A DNA stretch of 64,000 bases from Alphaproteobacteria bacterium (GCA_965206365.1 CBDBJL010000018.1:73374-137373), one strand, 5' to 3'. Positions 40,822 through 50,960 are shown, counted from the first letter of the stretch. Translations and numbers: made by a program. Notes: generated by a model not told the origin, from the sequence alone.

Positions 40822-41615
40822 GCCGATACTCGCATTCTTAGGGAATCTTGCGTTAATATTTCGCCAGCAAGGTTGGTATAAGCTACCGAACCAGGGCAGT
40901 TTCGATCGTAAAGCAAAACAGGCTTGCCATGAGATGGAGCTTCTGAGATTTTTACATTCCGAGGAATAATGGTGTTATAAACCCGATCTCCTAAATGTAT
41001 TTTCACATCATTGGCAACCAAATCTGAAAGATTATTACGCTTATCATACATTGTTAGCACAATACCCTGCATTTCTAAAGTAGGATTGAGGCTTTTTCGT
41101 ACCCTAGCAATTGTTTTCAGAAGATGGCTTAACCCTTCTAAAGCATAAAACTCACATTGCAAGGGAACCATAACAGAAGATGATGCACATAAAGCATTCA
41201 AAGTAAGATGCCCAAGAGCAGGAGGGCAATCAATTAAAATATAATCAAAAGAACCTAGCAAAGGTGCAATTGCCTTTTTAAGCAAATTTTCTCGATCAGG
41301 TAGAGCTGTTAATTCCACTTCAGCACCCGAGAGATCTACAGATGAAGGAATTAAGGAAAGGTTAGAAATTTTTGTAGGTACAATTGCATCAGTCGCTTGG
41401 ATTTGATTCAATAATAATTGATAGCTGGTAGGGCCTTCCCCTAAGATCCCTAAGCCTGTAGTAGCGTTTCTTTGAGAATCAAGATCAATGATAAGAACTT
41501 TTTTTTTGGCAATAGCAAGTGCAGTTCCAACATTAATAGCGGTTGTGGTTTTACCTACCCCCCCTTTTTGGTTGGATATGGATATTGTTTTGGTTACGAA
41601 ACTATTTTCTAACAT
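40818..41615 (-). CDS. parA: Chromosome partitioning ATPase ParA/Soj
   Basis: NQKGGVGKTTT, IDCPP, QCEFYALEGL and IPRNVKISEAPSHG motifs. Confidence 0.96.
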   Translation of the reverse strand: MLENSFVTKTISISNQKGGVGKTTTAINVGTALAIAKKKVLIIDLDSQRNATTGLGILGEGPTSYQLLLNQIQATDAIVPTKISNLSLIPSSVDLSGAEVELTALPDRENLLKKAIAPLLGSFDYILIDCPPALGHLTLNALCASSSVMVPLQCEFYALEGLSHLLKTIARVRKSLNPTLEMQGIVLTMYDKRNNLSDLVANDVKIHLGDRVYNTIIPRNVKISEAPSHGKPVLLYDRNCPGSVAYTNLAGEILTQDSLRMRVSA

Positions 41616-42214
41616 GAAATTTCCTTACAAGCGAGAATAAAAGTACTTTGTTGCAAAAGTGGAATAATTTTATAGTGCATATTCCACTTTTTTAAGGCCT
41701 CTGTCAACTCTATTTGATAATTTTTGCCCTTATAAAATAAACAAAGACTATCTTGATGCATAAAATCAACGGAATAGTTGAATAATTTAGTTAAAGGAGC
41801 TAGGGCGCGTGCAGTGATAACGTCAAATTTTTGCGGAGCAAGTTCTTCTATTCGGCAAACATGTAAGATAATTTTAGTCCCCGTAAGACGGGCTGTTTCT
41901 CTTAAGAAACTGGCTTTTCTTTGGTCGCTTTCGACGAGATGAAATTGCAATGATTCTAAATCAGCTGTTTGTTCTTGATAATAAATTGCCGCCACCAAAC
42001 CGGGGAAACCACCTCCACTGCCAAAATCTGCAATTATTGTACTATTTTGTGGAAAAAAATCCAAAATTCGAATCGATTGAGCAATATGGCGTTGCCATAA
42101 ATCTTCATTTGTGGCTGTAAGATTAATATGTTTTTGCCATTTATAGAAATTATTTGCAAAAAATTGTAATTTTTTGCTCTGCCTTAATGTTTCACATGAA
42201 ACATTCCAACGCAT
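41609..42214 (-). CDS. rsmG: 16S rRNA m7G527 methyltransferase (GidB)
   Basis: INLT, RHI, DFGSGGGFPG, VESDQRKASFL and TARALA motifs. Confidence 0.93.
   Translation of the reverse strand: MRWNVSCETLRQSKKLQFFANNFYKWQKHINLTATNEDLWQRHIAQSIRILDFFPQNSTIIADFGSGGGFPGLVAAIYYQEQTADLESLQFHLVESDQRKASFLRETARLTGTKIILHVCRIEELAPQKFDVITARALAPLTKLFNYSVDFMHQDSLCLFYKGKNYQIELTEALKKWNMHYKIIPLLQQSTFILACKEISC
42188..42203. other. parS site (1 mismatch) within the 5' end of rsmG
   Basis: TGTTTCACATGAAACA versus consensus TGTTTCACGTGAAACA. Confidence 0.85.
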
Positions 42215-42216
42215 AT

Positions 42217-44133
42217 CTATGCTGCATTTACAGAAGGGTCGTTTTTGCTAGCCTTCTTAATATAACGTAAGAGTAAAAGTAGAGCTGCTGGAGTCATTCC
42301 CGAAATTTTTGCTGCTGCTGCTAAGGAGGTGGGTCGATGCGTTGTTAATTTTTGTTGTAATTCATGCGAAAGCCCTGCAATTATGCTAAAATCTAAATCA
42401 TTTGGTAAAATTAGATTTTTGTCGCGTTGATAAATGGCAATATCTTGGGTTTGCCGAATTAGGTAATGAGCATAGAGGGCATCGATTTCTAGTTTTTCAA
42501 TGATTTTTGGTTTCGTTGTTAGTGTAGATTTGATTGCTTCATTATCATTACGAATCAGGAATGATAAATTTTGCCAAGTAACGGCAGGTAGAGATAGCCA
42601 TTCCATCGCGCTACGTTTTTTGCCATCTTGCTTTACAGTAATTCCAGATTTTTGAATTTGGTCTGGAGTTAATGTAATCTCGTTCAAAATTTTGCGTTGT
42701 ACGGTCAGCTCTTGATAGAAATCAATCCACTTCCGATTGCGTTTTTTTGAGATAGTTCCTGCTGCGATACCAAATTTATGAAGCCTTTCATCCGCATTAT
42801 CGGCCCTTAGCCAAAGGCGGTATTCGGCTCGCGAGGTAAACATGCGATAGGGCTCTTGAACACCTTTTTGGGTTAGATCATCGATCATTACGCCAATATA
42901 AGAATTGGTTCGCTCCAAAGTAAGAGGAGGTTTTCCTGAAGCTTTCTGGGCGGCATTAATGCCTGCTAAGATTCCTTGCGCTGCGGCTTCTTCATAGCCT
43001 GTGGTACCATTAATTTGCCCGGCGAAAAATAAATTTTCAATTTTTTTGGTCTCTAAATGCAAATAAAGTGCACGTGGATCTACATAATCATATTCCACAG
43101 CATAACCATATTGGAGAATTTGACATTGTTCCAGTCCAGAAATAGATTGAATGTAAGCTGTTTGCACTTCTTCAGGCAGAGCGGTAGAGATGCCATTCGG
43201 GTAGATAACATCACTTTTTAATCCTTCTGGTTCTAGAAAAATTTGATGCCGTTGTCGTTCCGCAAAGCGAATGATTTTATCCTCAATAGATGGGCAATAA
43301 CGGGGGCCAACGGATTTTATTTTTCCAGAATAAATCGCGGAAAGCTGAATATTATCTTTAATAATTTTATGCGTATTCGGATTGCTATAGGTAATGGCAC
43401 ATTCAATTTGTGGGTTGGGCAAGGTTTCGCTCATGAATGAGAAAGGTATAGGATTAACATCTGCGGCTTGTTTTTCTAATATTTTCCAGTTAATCGTAGA
43501 GGCACGCAATCGTGGTGGTGTTCCTGTTTTTAATCTTCCTAGCGGGAATTGGTATTTTGCCAAGGTTTTTGATAGACCATAAGAGGCCTTCTCACCAATG
43601 CGCCCTGCGGGAATTGATTTGTTACCGATATGAATCATACCCCCTAAAAAAGTTCCTGTGGTTAAAATGACTGTAATGCCATAAATTTTTTCTCCGTTAT
43701 CAAGGATAACGCCAGTAACTTTATTTTGTGAAATGATTAAATCTTCTACGGTTCCCGAGATAATTTTCAGGTTTTCTTGCGTTTTTAAGAGATTTTGAAT
43801 GGCTTGTTTATAGAGTTTACGATCTGCTTGGGTTCGCGGTCCGTGAACAGCGGGTCCTTTAGAACGGTTTAAAACTCTAAATTGAATGCCGCTTAAATCT
43901 GCTGCGCGCCCCATAATGCCATCCAACGCATCAATTTCACGTACCAAATGCCCTTTACCAACGCCACCAATTGCAGGATTGCACGACATTTCACCAATTT
44001 TATCTATATGATGTGTGATTAACAGACTACTAGCACCCGCACGTGCACTTGCAGCAGCAGCCTCACAACCGGCGTGACCACCACCAATAATAATGGCATC
44101 ATAAATATTAATAGAAGAATTATTGAAATTCAT
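42217..44133 (-). CDS. mnmG: tRNA uridine-5-carboxymethylaminomethyl modification enzyme GidA
   Basis: GGGHAGCEAA, MSCNPAIGG, RLKTGTPPR, GPRYCPSIEDK and AGQINGTTGYEEAAAQG motifs. Confidence 0.97.
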   Translation of the reverse strand: MNFNNSSINIYDAIIIGGGHAGCEAAAASARAGASSLLITHHIDKIGEMSCNPAIGGVGKGHLVREIDALDGIMGRAADLSGIQFRVLNRSKGPAVHGPRTQADRKLYKQAIQNLLKTQENLKIISGTVEDLIISQNKVTGVILDNGEKIYGITVILTTGTFLGGMIHIGNKSIPAGRIGEKASYGLSKTLAKYQFPLGRLKTGTPPRLRASTINWKILEKQAADVNPIPFSFMSETLPNPQIECAITYSNPNTHKIIKDNIQLSAIYSGKIKSVGPRYCPSIEDKIIRFAERQRHQIFLEPEGLKSDVIYPNGISTALPEEVQTAYIQSISGLEQCQILQYGYAVEYDYVDPRALYLHLETKKIENLFFAGQINGTTGYEEAAAQGILAGINAAQKASGKPPLTLERTNSYIGVMIDDLTQKGVQEPYRMFTSRAEYRLWLRADNADERLHKFGIAAGTISKKRNRKWIDFYQELTVQRKILNEITLTPDQIQKSGITVKQDGKKRSAMEWLSLPAVTWQNLSFLIRNDNEAIKSTLTTKPKIIEKLEIDALYAHYLIRQTQDIAIYQRDKNLILPNDLDFSIIAGLSHELQQKLTTHRPTSLAAAAKISGMTPAALLLLLRYIKKASKNDPSVNAA

Positions 44134-44211
44134 GGGTAAGTCTCTGGTTGATTTTTGTATTACGCGATTATATCGGGAAATGCTGTGAGAATATAGTCTT
44201 TTAATGGTTTT

Positions 44212-45660
44212 TTATTTACCAATACAAAAATCGGCAAAAATTTGATCTAGCAAAGATTCAACATCAACATGTCCGGTTAATTTGCCAATTTCTAAAGCAG
44301 CATGACGCAAATTTTCTGCAACCAACTCTATGGCATCATTGTCGGCCGATATGATCGCATCGCTCAGGCATTGTTTCACGTGAAACAAGGTGTCACGATA
44401 GCGTTTATGAGTAATCAGAGTTGACTCTATTTGTGATGGATTGTTATTATCGGCACTCATTTTTTTTGCAATGAAATGGCTCAGTGCGGTAAAAAAATCA
44501 TTAAATCCAGTTTCATTATGGAGTGAAAGCCAAAAAACTTTTTGATTTTTATTATATTGGGAGGATTTTAAGGGAAGATTAAACTGAGATTTCTGGTTTG
44601 CTAAATCAGCCATCAAATCAATTTTATTCACAATAAGCAAATCGGCAGCGGCAATCATTTCTGTTAGGTCTGCCTCATCAGTGGTAATTTCATGATTTAT
44701 AGCCTGGATTGCGATTGTTAGATCAGCAAGCCTTGCAGCTTTTTTGCTACGCCTTATGCCTTCAGATTCCACAACATCGACGCTAGCACGAATGCCTGCA
44801 GTATCGGTGAAAATCACTTCATAACCGGCAATATTCAAATTAATTTCTAATAAATCACGAGTCGTGCCTGCAATCGGTGTAATAATAGCCACTTCGCGCA
44901 TGGCTAATTTATTGAGCAAAGTCGATTTTCCGGTATTAGGCGGACCAATTAATGCGATCCGTAATCCTTGACGAATAATTTCACCACGATGGGCATCATC
45001 TAAATGGTTTGTAATTTCATCTGCGATGATTTGCATTTTTTGGCTTTGTTCGGTGAGATGATTGGCAAAATCTTCTTCTTCGCTAAAATCAATGGCTGCT
45101 TCACTATGGGCTAATAGTGTAAGAATATTTTTGCGCAGTTGATCGTAATACTGAAAAAGGTTACCTTGCATTTGCGTTAAGGCTTGGTGATGTTGTTTTT
45201 CAGTTTTCGCAGTGATTAAATCACCGATGGCTTGGGCGCGGGTGATATCGATTCTTTCATTAATAACGGCTCTTTTCGTAAATTCACCGGGTTCTGCAAG
45301 TCGACAATAAGGTTTTGTTAATTGGCAATTATCGGTTAATTTTGGGCGATAATTTTCCAAAACTATAAAAATTTTTGTGAGTATGGCAATACTTCCATGC
45401 AAATGTAATTCAGCGCAATCTTCCCCGGTATAGCTATGGGGTGCTGGGAACCAAAATATTAACGCCTCATCAATTAGGTTCTGTTCCCAATCATATATTT
45501 TTTCAAGATTTGCGGTGCGCGCTGGCGGGATTTTTTTCGCAAGAGCTTGCAAAATATTACGGGTTTCTTGCCCCGAGATTCTGATAATTGCAATTGCCGC
45601 TGGTAATTTTCCGCTTGCCAAGGCATAGATTGTTGGAGAAGAATTTACGAGAGGGTTCAT
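44212..45660 (-). CDS. mnmE: tRNA modification GTPase TrmE
   Basis: SYTGED, GEFTKRA, GPPNTGKSTL, GTTRD, DTAGIR and the C-terminal FCIGK. Confidence 0.97.
   Translation of the reverse strand: MNPLVNSSPTIYALASGKLPAAIAIIRISGQETRNILQALAKKIPPARTANLEKIYDWEQNLIDEALIFWFPAPHSYTGEDCAELHLHGSIAILTKIFIVLENYRPKLTDNCQLTKPYCRLAEPGEFTKRAVINERIDITRAQAIGDLITAKTEKQHHQALTQMQGNLFQYYDQLRKNILTLLAHSEAAIDFSEEEDFANHLTEQSQKMQIIADEITNHLDDAHRGEIIRQGLRIALIGPPNTGKSTLLNKLAMREVAIITPIAGTTRDLLEINLNIAGYEVIFTDTAGIRASVDVVESEGIRRSKKAARLADLTIAIQAINHEITTDEADLTEMIAAADLLIVNKIDLMADLANQKSQFNLPLKSSQYNKNQKVFWLSLHNETGFNDFFTALSHFIAKKMSADNNNPSQIESTLITHKRYRDTLFHVKQCLSDAIISADNDAIELVAENLRHAALEIGKLTGHVDVESLLDQIFADFCIGK
44372..44387. other. parS site (perfect consensus) within mnmE
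   Basis: TGTTTCACGTGAAACA. Confidence 0.9.
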
Positions 45661-45661
45661 T

Positions 45662-46282
45662 TTATGACCTAGCTCTTAAAGCGGTGATGATTGTGCCATC
45701 ATCCATATAATCTAGCTCACCTCCTGCAGGCAAACCGTGGGCAAGCCGTGTAATTTTAATTTTTGCTGAGATTTGCATTATGTTTGTAGATTGAGTGCTA
45801 AATAGTTTTGTAATGTAATGTGCGGTTGTTTGCCCTTCTAAGGTTAGGTTGGTGGCTAAAATTAATTCTAGGGTGTTATTTTCCAGATTCATTCTGGAAA
45901 TTCGATTTTGCAATCGCTGTAAGCCTAGATCTTCAGGTCCAATGCCGGTAATTGCTGATAGATTCCCTCCTAACACATGATAATGTCCTTCAAAACTTTG
46001 GCTTCTCTCAATTGCCCATAAATCGCTAATCGTTTCGACAATGGCGATTATAGAAGGGTTTCGCTTGGGATTGCGACAAATGTCGCAGGGTGATTCACTA
46101 TCAATATTGCCACAAATTTGGCAATGAAGAATAGTTTCGTATGCGGTTTTAAATCCTTCCGATAGCGAAACAAGTGTTTCTGGCGAGCGAGTCAATAAAT
46201 GCATAGCGATTCGCCGTGCGGATCGTGGTCCGATTCCAGGGAGGTTTTGTAGATGCGCGACTAATGTTTCAATAATTTTCAT
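45662..46282 (-). CDS. recR: Recombination protein RecR
   Basis: LPGIGPRSARR, C4 zinc finger, YHVLGG, EGQTTA and LAHGLPAGGELDYMD motifs. Confidence 0.96.
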   Translation of the reverse strand: MKIIETLVAHLQNLPGIGPRSARRIAMHLLTRSPETLVSLSEGFKTAYETILHCQICGNIDSESPCDICRNPKRNPSIIAIVETISDLWAIERSQSFEGHYHVLGGNLSAITGIGPEDLGLQRLQNRISRMNLENNTLELILATNLTLEGQTTAHYITKLFSTQSTNIMQISAKIKITRLAHGLPAGGELDYMDDGTIITALRARS

Positions 46283-47107
46283 GGCTAATTTTCATGGCTA
46301 ATTTTGGGGAAGATTAAGATTTTATTTTTCAGGAGGTTAGGTTTTGCCAAACACTAAAATTACACGGTTAAGCCTGGTTGATTACCGATATTGAAAAATA
46401 TTTCAGCCAGCGTCAAACCCCAGAAATTTATCATTTCCTAAGATAATTTTTTTTTCGGCTTCTTGCAATCATAAAAAATGATAAGCTATTTGGATTGATT
46501 GTTTTCATGAGCAGGGTTTGGTTTTGGAGCTGCCTTGCGCAAAATAATTTCAAGTTTTATCAATATATCAGTTACTATTTTGAATAATTTTGCCGCAGAT
46601 TTATTTTTTGGATAATTTTGCTTTTGGATACGAGGCTTTGCGAAATTATTTTCATATGATAATGAATTATGGTGCGTTTAAAATTTAATGGAGTTAATTT
46701 TTGATTTTTGAAAACCAGTTTCTCAAACAGAATCATTTTAACCGTAGGGTGAAACTTTTTTTGATTTGATTCTGTTTACGCATCGATATTTATTTTTTTG
46801 CCAGGCACATTGTCGAGTTTGTGGCGTAGAATGAGCGTTCACTAACTACAAATATAGTTAATTTATCTTTTTGGTCTTGGTTTCTCAGGGATAAAATTGA
46901 TATTTTTAGAAAGCAATATGCTGCAATAAAGGTAAATATTTTGTTAGAGTTTTATTGGGATCTCTTTGGAATAATTAGCAAATTTTTGTTTCTAAAGGGC
47001 TTTCATAATTTCAAAAAATCGGTTAGTTTTAAGCAATTGCATAATTTTTAGGGCATAATTTTTAATATTGGGGTTGGATGGTCATAGGATTGTAAGGGCT
47101 TGGTGTT

Positions 47108-48169
47108 ATGAAATTTTTAATTTTACGTTTTTTGCGCTGTCTTTGGATTTTTCCAGTATTATTTCCGGTATTGTCTCTGTTATTTTTATTTGGGCTTTTG
47201 CTGATATTTTTTGCCCCTAATTTCGGTTTTGCCGCGCCTTATGATTCCAGCAATCAAGGTAAGGTTCAGGGTCAGGATTTAGTTTCTAAGATTGATCTTA
47301 TCGAGGTCCCTCAGGTTGAGTTTGTGCCAATTACATTGGGGTCTGTCAATTTTTCGTTATTACCGATGATTCCGATCTCGATCACGCCACTTGAAGTTTC
47401 TGTTGCGAATAGTTTTGCTGAACCCTTTGAATTAACGCCAGCAAAAACGCTAAGTTCTTCTCTTCCCTCCTCTTCAGAAAAGTCTTCCTCTGCACCAGAA
47501 GATTTGGCAGCGGATGTTTCTGATTTATTAAAAAACCCTAAACTTACCTCCTTGCTTGGGCCATTAACCGAGATTGGGGCATCAAATTTAGGCGCAGGAA
47601 AGCTTGTGAGTGCCTTGTTGGCCGATGGTGATTCTCAACAGCAAGCGTCTCAAGCGCAGAATCTTCCAGTGCAGAATCTTCAGCCGCAAAATTCACAAAT
47701 AATCTTGGCCAGCAAGATTCAAACCAGCCAGAATATTGATATTGCTTATCATCCACTTTCGATTTTTAATTCTGTAGGTGGGTTGCATCAATTTGCGGTA
47801 CAAGCACCAAGAAAGAACAAGCAAAAACAGCAAGGTTTAATGTTTCGAACGGTTCTAGCGGATGATGCGGGGATGTTATTTTTATATTCGCATCCGCGCA
47901 TCATTACGATGTGGATGGAAAACACTTATATTTCGCTAGACATGATTTTTATCGCACCTGATGATTCTTTCTCATCCTCCTCAAAAGATAATGTCGGGGT
48001 TATTGTGCATATTGCACGTAATACTACGCCATTATCGCGCGCTAATATTAGCACTACGAAAAAAGCGATTGCAGTTCTAGAAATTAAAGCGGGCTTAACA
48101 CAGAAATTGAATATTAATATTGGCGATCGAATCGAATGGAATTTAACACAAACATTGCTGAATCGATAA
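47108..48169 (+). CDS. DUF192 domain protein with an N-terminal TM segment and long low-complexity linker
   Basis: C-terminal QGLMFR...GMLF...MWMENTYISLDMIFI...VLEIKAG...GD pattern. Confidence 0.85.
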   Translation: MKFLILRFLRCLWIFPVLFPVLSLLFLFGLLLIFFAPNFGFAAPYDSSNQGKVQGQDLVSKIDLIEVPQVEFVPITLGSVNFSLLPMIPISITPLEVSVANSFAEPFELTPAKTLSSSLPSSSEKSSSAPEDLAADVSDLLKNPKLTSLLGPLTEIGASNLGAGKLVSALLADGDSQQQASQAQNLPVQNLQPQNSQIILASKIQTSQNIDIAYHPLSIFNSVGGLHQFAVQAPRKNKQKQQGLMFRTVLADDAGMLFLYSHPRIITMWMENTYISLDMIFIAPDDSFSSSSKDNVGVIVHIARNTTPLSRANISTTKKAIAVLEIKAGLTQKLNINIGDRIEWNLTQTLLNR

Positions 48170-48239
48170 TGTTGCAAATTAACTTTATATTCTTGTAATA
48201 TCATAATTTTAGCAAAAAAATTTAAGAAACTGGATCATC

Positions 48240-48790
48240 AATATCGAATGTCAAGATAGAGATAGCGTAAGCATGGAAAATCATTTTTAGGTGATTCGCA
48301 TTTGCAGGGATTCGAATAATTTTGGGTTTATTTTACATGTTTTCAGGCAATCATTTATATATTGAGCATTGCGAATCGAATCGCAACACCTCCCTGTAAG
48401 GCCCCGCCCCGCAATCCTTGATAAGGTATCCTTGCGAATCGAATCGTAACCGCCATTGATAATATCGAATATTGTCAAGATCGGATGCTAAGATAGAGAT
48501 AGCGTAAGCATGGAAAATCATTTTTGGGGTGATTCACATTTAGGTGATTCACATTTAGGTGATTCGCATTAGGTGATTCATATGGGGTGATTCACATTTG
48601 CAGGGATTCGAAATAATTTTGGGTTTATTGTACATGTTTCAGGCAGTCATCTATATATTGAGCATTGCGAATCGAATCGCAATACTTCCCCGCGCAATGC
48701 CCCCCGTCATTGATCATGCGAATATCGGCCTCCCCGCGCAATACCCCGAATCGCATGCCCTCCAGTCATCTATATACTGAGTATTGCCGC
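48240..48790. repeat. Imperfect direct repeats (about 48253-48393 and 48490-48690, partial third copy about 48762-48787) with an internal 5x 14-15 bp GGTGATTCACATTTA array
   Basis: aagatagagatagcgtaagcatggaaaatcattttt...tgagcattgcgaatcgaatcgcaa occurs twice; the tandem units lie at about 48528-48600. Confidence 0.9.
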
Positions 48791-48937
48791 CCCGCCATCA
48801 TTGATATATGGCCGTATGCACAGCGGCTTGTATAGGCACTTAGTGATAAGGGGCGCCGAATTGGATAATATACCGAATTGGATAATAACTTAAGGGCACC
48901 CTAATGATCATGGGCACCTTTAACTATTAATGTAACA

Positions 48938-48968
48938 TTATGCAACAATATGTTGCATAAATGCAACA
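48938..48968. promoter_or_regulatory. Overlapping palindromes upstream of the porin; candidate regulator site
   Basis: TTATGCAACA-ata-TGTTGCATAA overlaps TGTTGC-ataaat-GCAACA. Confidence 0.5.
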
Positions 48969-49178
48969 GGTAGATTGAAAAAGTAAAAAAACCGGTGTAA
49001 TGGACCCTAATTTCAAGTTTTCGCAAAAAAACCCACTTGCAAAGCGGCAAGTTTTTCTTGCATACTGTGCCTAGATATAGGGTTACCTATATGAAACCTG
49101 TTATTTCTGGTTAGCATTGCAAGATGTTTTTTGGGGTAACAATCATAATTTAAGAACAATTTTTCAGGAGATATCTCA

Positions 49179-50960
49179 ATGAAAAAATTATTAAAAGCAA
49201 GTACGGCAATTATGTCAGTTGCTTTTGTGGCAGGCACTGCTCATGCTGAAACCAGCATTGGTGGTACCGGTCGCTTAATGATCCATATGGGCAGTGATAA
49301 TCCATCTTCGGATACGATGAATTTCGACCAAGAAGGTTATTATATTGGCTTTAGTGGCAGCAAAAAAACCGATTCGGGTCTAACTCTTGCTGGCGGTGCT
49401 TATTTTAACGATAGCAAAAACTTCAAAACTGAAACCGATAATGTGAATGCCACATGGGACAAAACCTCAGCATCGGTTTCGGGTAACTTTGGTAAAGTTG
49501 AATTCACCAATAAGGGCGATGCTTCAAACCTTTCAGGTACAGTCACTTATCTGGATGCAGCTGAATATGGCTTTGATTCATTAACCGATTCGGTGAATAG
49601 CAGTGCTGGTTTGTGGAGAACTAACATTGAAGTTCCACGGGGAACCACACGGATTAACTATACTTCACCCAATATTAATGGGTTGATGTTTGGTGTTTCC
49701 ATGATGAATTCTGGTGGTGATATCGAATATGATGCTAGCAAAGAACATGGCGATAAAGGTACGTTTATTACTAATACCGAAAAATTTCTAGATGATGAGG
49801 GTCTTGATATTGAAGATATTATGGATACTGAAGAGCTTAAACCTGTTGAGAATGAAGAGGCTGCTGCGCATACACTTACAGCACCGAATAATCCTAGTGC
49901 GGTAACTGCGGCTGATGTTACTGCGGCTATTGCTATTGCGGTAACTGCGGCTGAAAATCAGGCTGATACGGATATAGCGGCTGCTATAGGGGGTTCGGGT
50001 GTTGTTGGTACGGCTGTTGCTACTAGAGTTTCGGCTATTAATGCTGATGCTGATGAACTTACAAAAGCAGCTAATGCAACAGCTGCTAAATTGGTTAAGG
50101 AAATGGTTGATGTAGCTGAAGAAAATGCTATGGAAGCTGCTGAAGCAGCTGCAACCGGTGGGCACCAATCTGCAACATCAATTGGTGTAAGCTATTCTAT
50201 GGCTGGCTTGAAGTTTGGCTATTCTACAACTTCCTATACGCAAGAAAAAGAAGTAAAAGGCTTTACTGCTGCTAGTGCGAAGATTGATATTAAGAGTACT
50301 CTTAATATTCTTGGTACGGCTACAGGGAAAGCTAAAGACATTGATGGCAGTTCACTTACGGGTGTTGCTGCTAATAGTGGCTATACGGATGCGACTGCGG
50401 CTATTGCTGCGATAAACGCAGCTTATAAGGGGGCGTATGAAGCAAAGTTCACCGAGAAATCTACTGGAGTTGCTACTGCTACGACTAAAACTGACGGTAG
50501 TGCTGGTGCTATGTCTAAAAGTGCTGGCAATGGCAAATATTCTACAGGTTGGTCGGGTACTCGCTTGAATATTGGCTATGCTACGGGTCCTTTTTCGGTG
50601 GGTTTAACCCAAACTACGAAAGAGCCTGACGCGGCGATGGTAGCTGGTGAACAAGTAAAACAAAAAGAAACTCCGGGCGCGAAAGCAGCTAGAAATATAA
50701 ACAGTACTGAAATCGGTTTGGCGTATAATTACGGTTCTGGTGCTGTTAGTCTGCTTAATAAAAGTGAAGATGTTGCATCTATTGCAGATCCTGCAGCAGC
50801 CGAGACAGTTTCTGGTATGATTATTTCGGTAAATCATAATGTTGCTGATGGTGTTGCAGTTTATTTGCAACAAATTTCAGTACCAGCTGATATTGATAAA
50901 TCGAATGAAGAATATGAAACGATTTCTGAATTGGTTCTAGGTACAAAAATCAGCTTCTAA
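49179..50960 (+). CDS. Alphaproteobacterial porin with large Ala-rich insertions
   Basis: Signal peptide (MKKLL...AHA), TDSGLT-G, SGNFGKVEF, INYTSPNINGL, amphipathic beta strands and C-terminal LGTKISF. Porin-DUF3576-leuS gene order. Confidence 0.85.
   Translation: MKKLLKASTAIMSVAFVAGTAHAETSIGGTGRLMIHMGSDNPSSDTMNFDQEGYYIGFSGSKKTDSGLTLAGGAYFNDSKNFKTETDNVNATWDKTSASVSGNFGKVEFTNKGDASNLSGTVTYLDAAEYGFDSLTDSVNSSAGLWRTNIEVPRGTTRINYTSPNINGLMFGVSMMNSGGDIEYDASKEHGDKGTFITNTEKFLDDEGLDIEDIMDTEELKPVENEEAAAHTLTAPNNPSAVTAADVTAAIAIAVTAAENQADTDIAAAIGGSGVVGTAVATRVSAINADADELTKAANATAAKLVKEMVDVAEENAMEAAEAAATGGHQSATSIGVSYSMAGLKFGYSTTSYTQEKEVKGFTAASAKIDIKSTLNILGTATGKAKDIDGSSLTGVAANSGYTDATAAIAAINAAYKGAYEAKFTEKSTGVATATTKTDGSAGAMSKSAGNGKYSTGWSGTRLNIGYATGPFSVGLTQTTKEPDAAMVAGEQVKQKETPGAKAARNINSTEIGLAYNYGSGAVSLLNKSEDVASIADPAAAETVSGMIISVNHNVADGVAVYLQQISVPADIDKSNEEYETISELVLGTKISF

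Noticed and set aside
46283-47107. 825-bp spacer as SRP RNA, tRNA, dnaX/ybaB remnant or oriC
   Set aside because: No recognisable RNA structure, no convincing reading frame and only weak DnaA-box-like matches.
48528-48600. Short repeat arrays here and at 51824-51966 as CRISPR arrays
   Set aside because: The units are 13-15 bp and directly adjacent, with no unique spacers, and there are no cas genes in the window.
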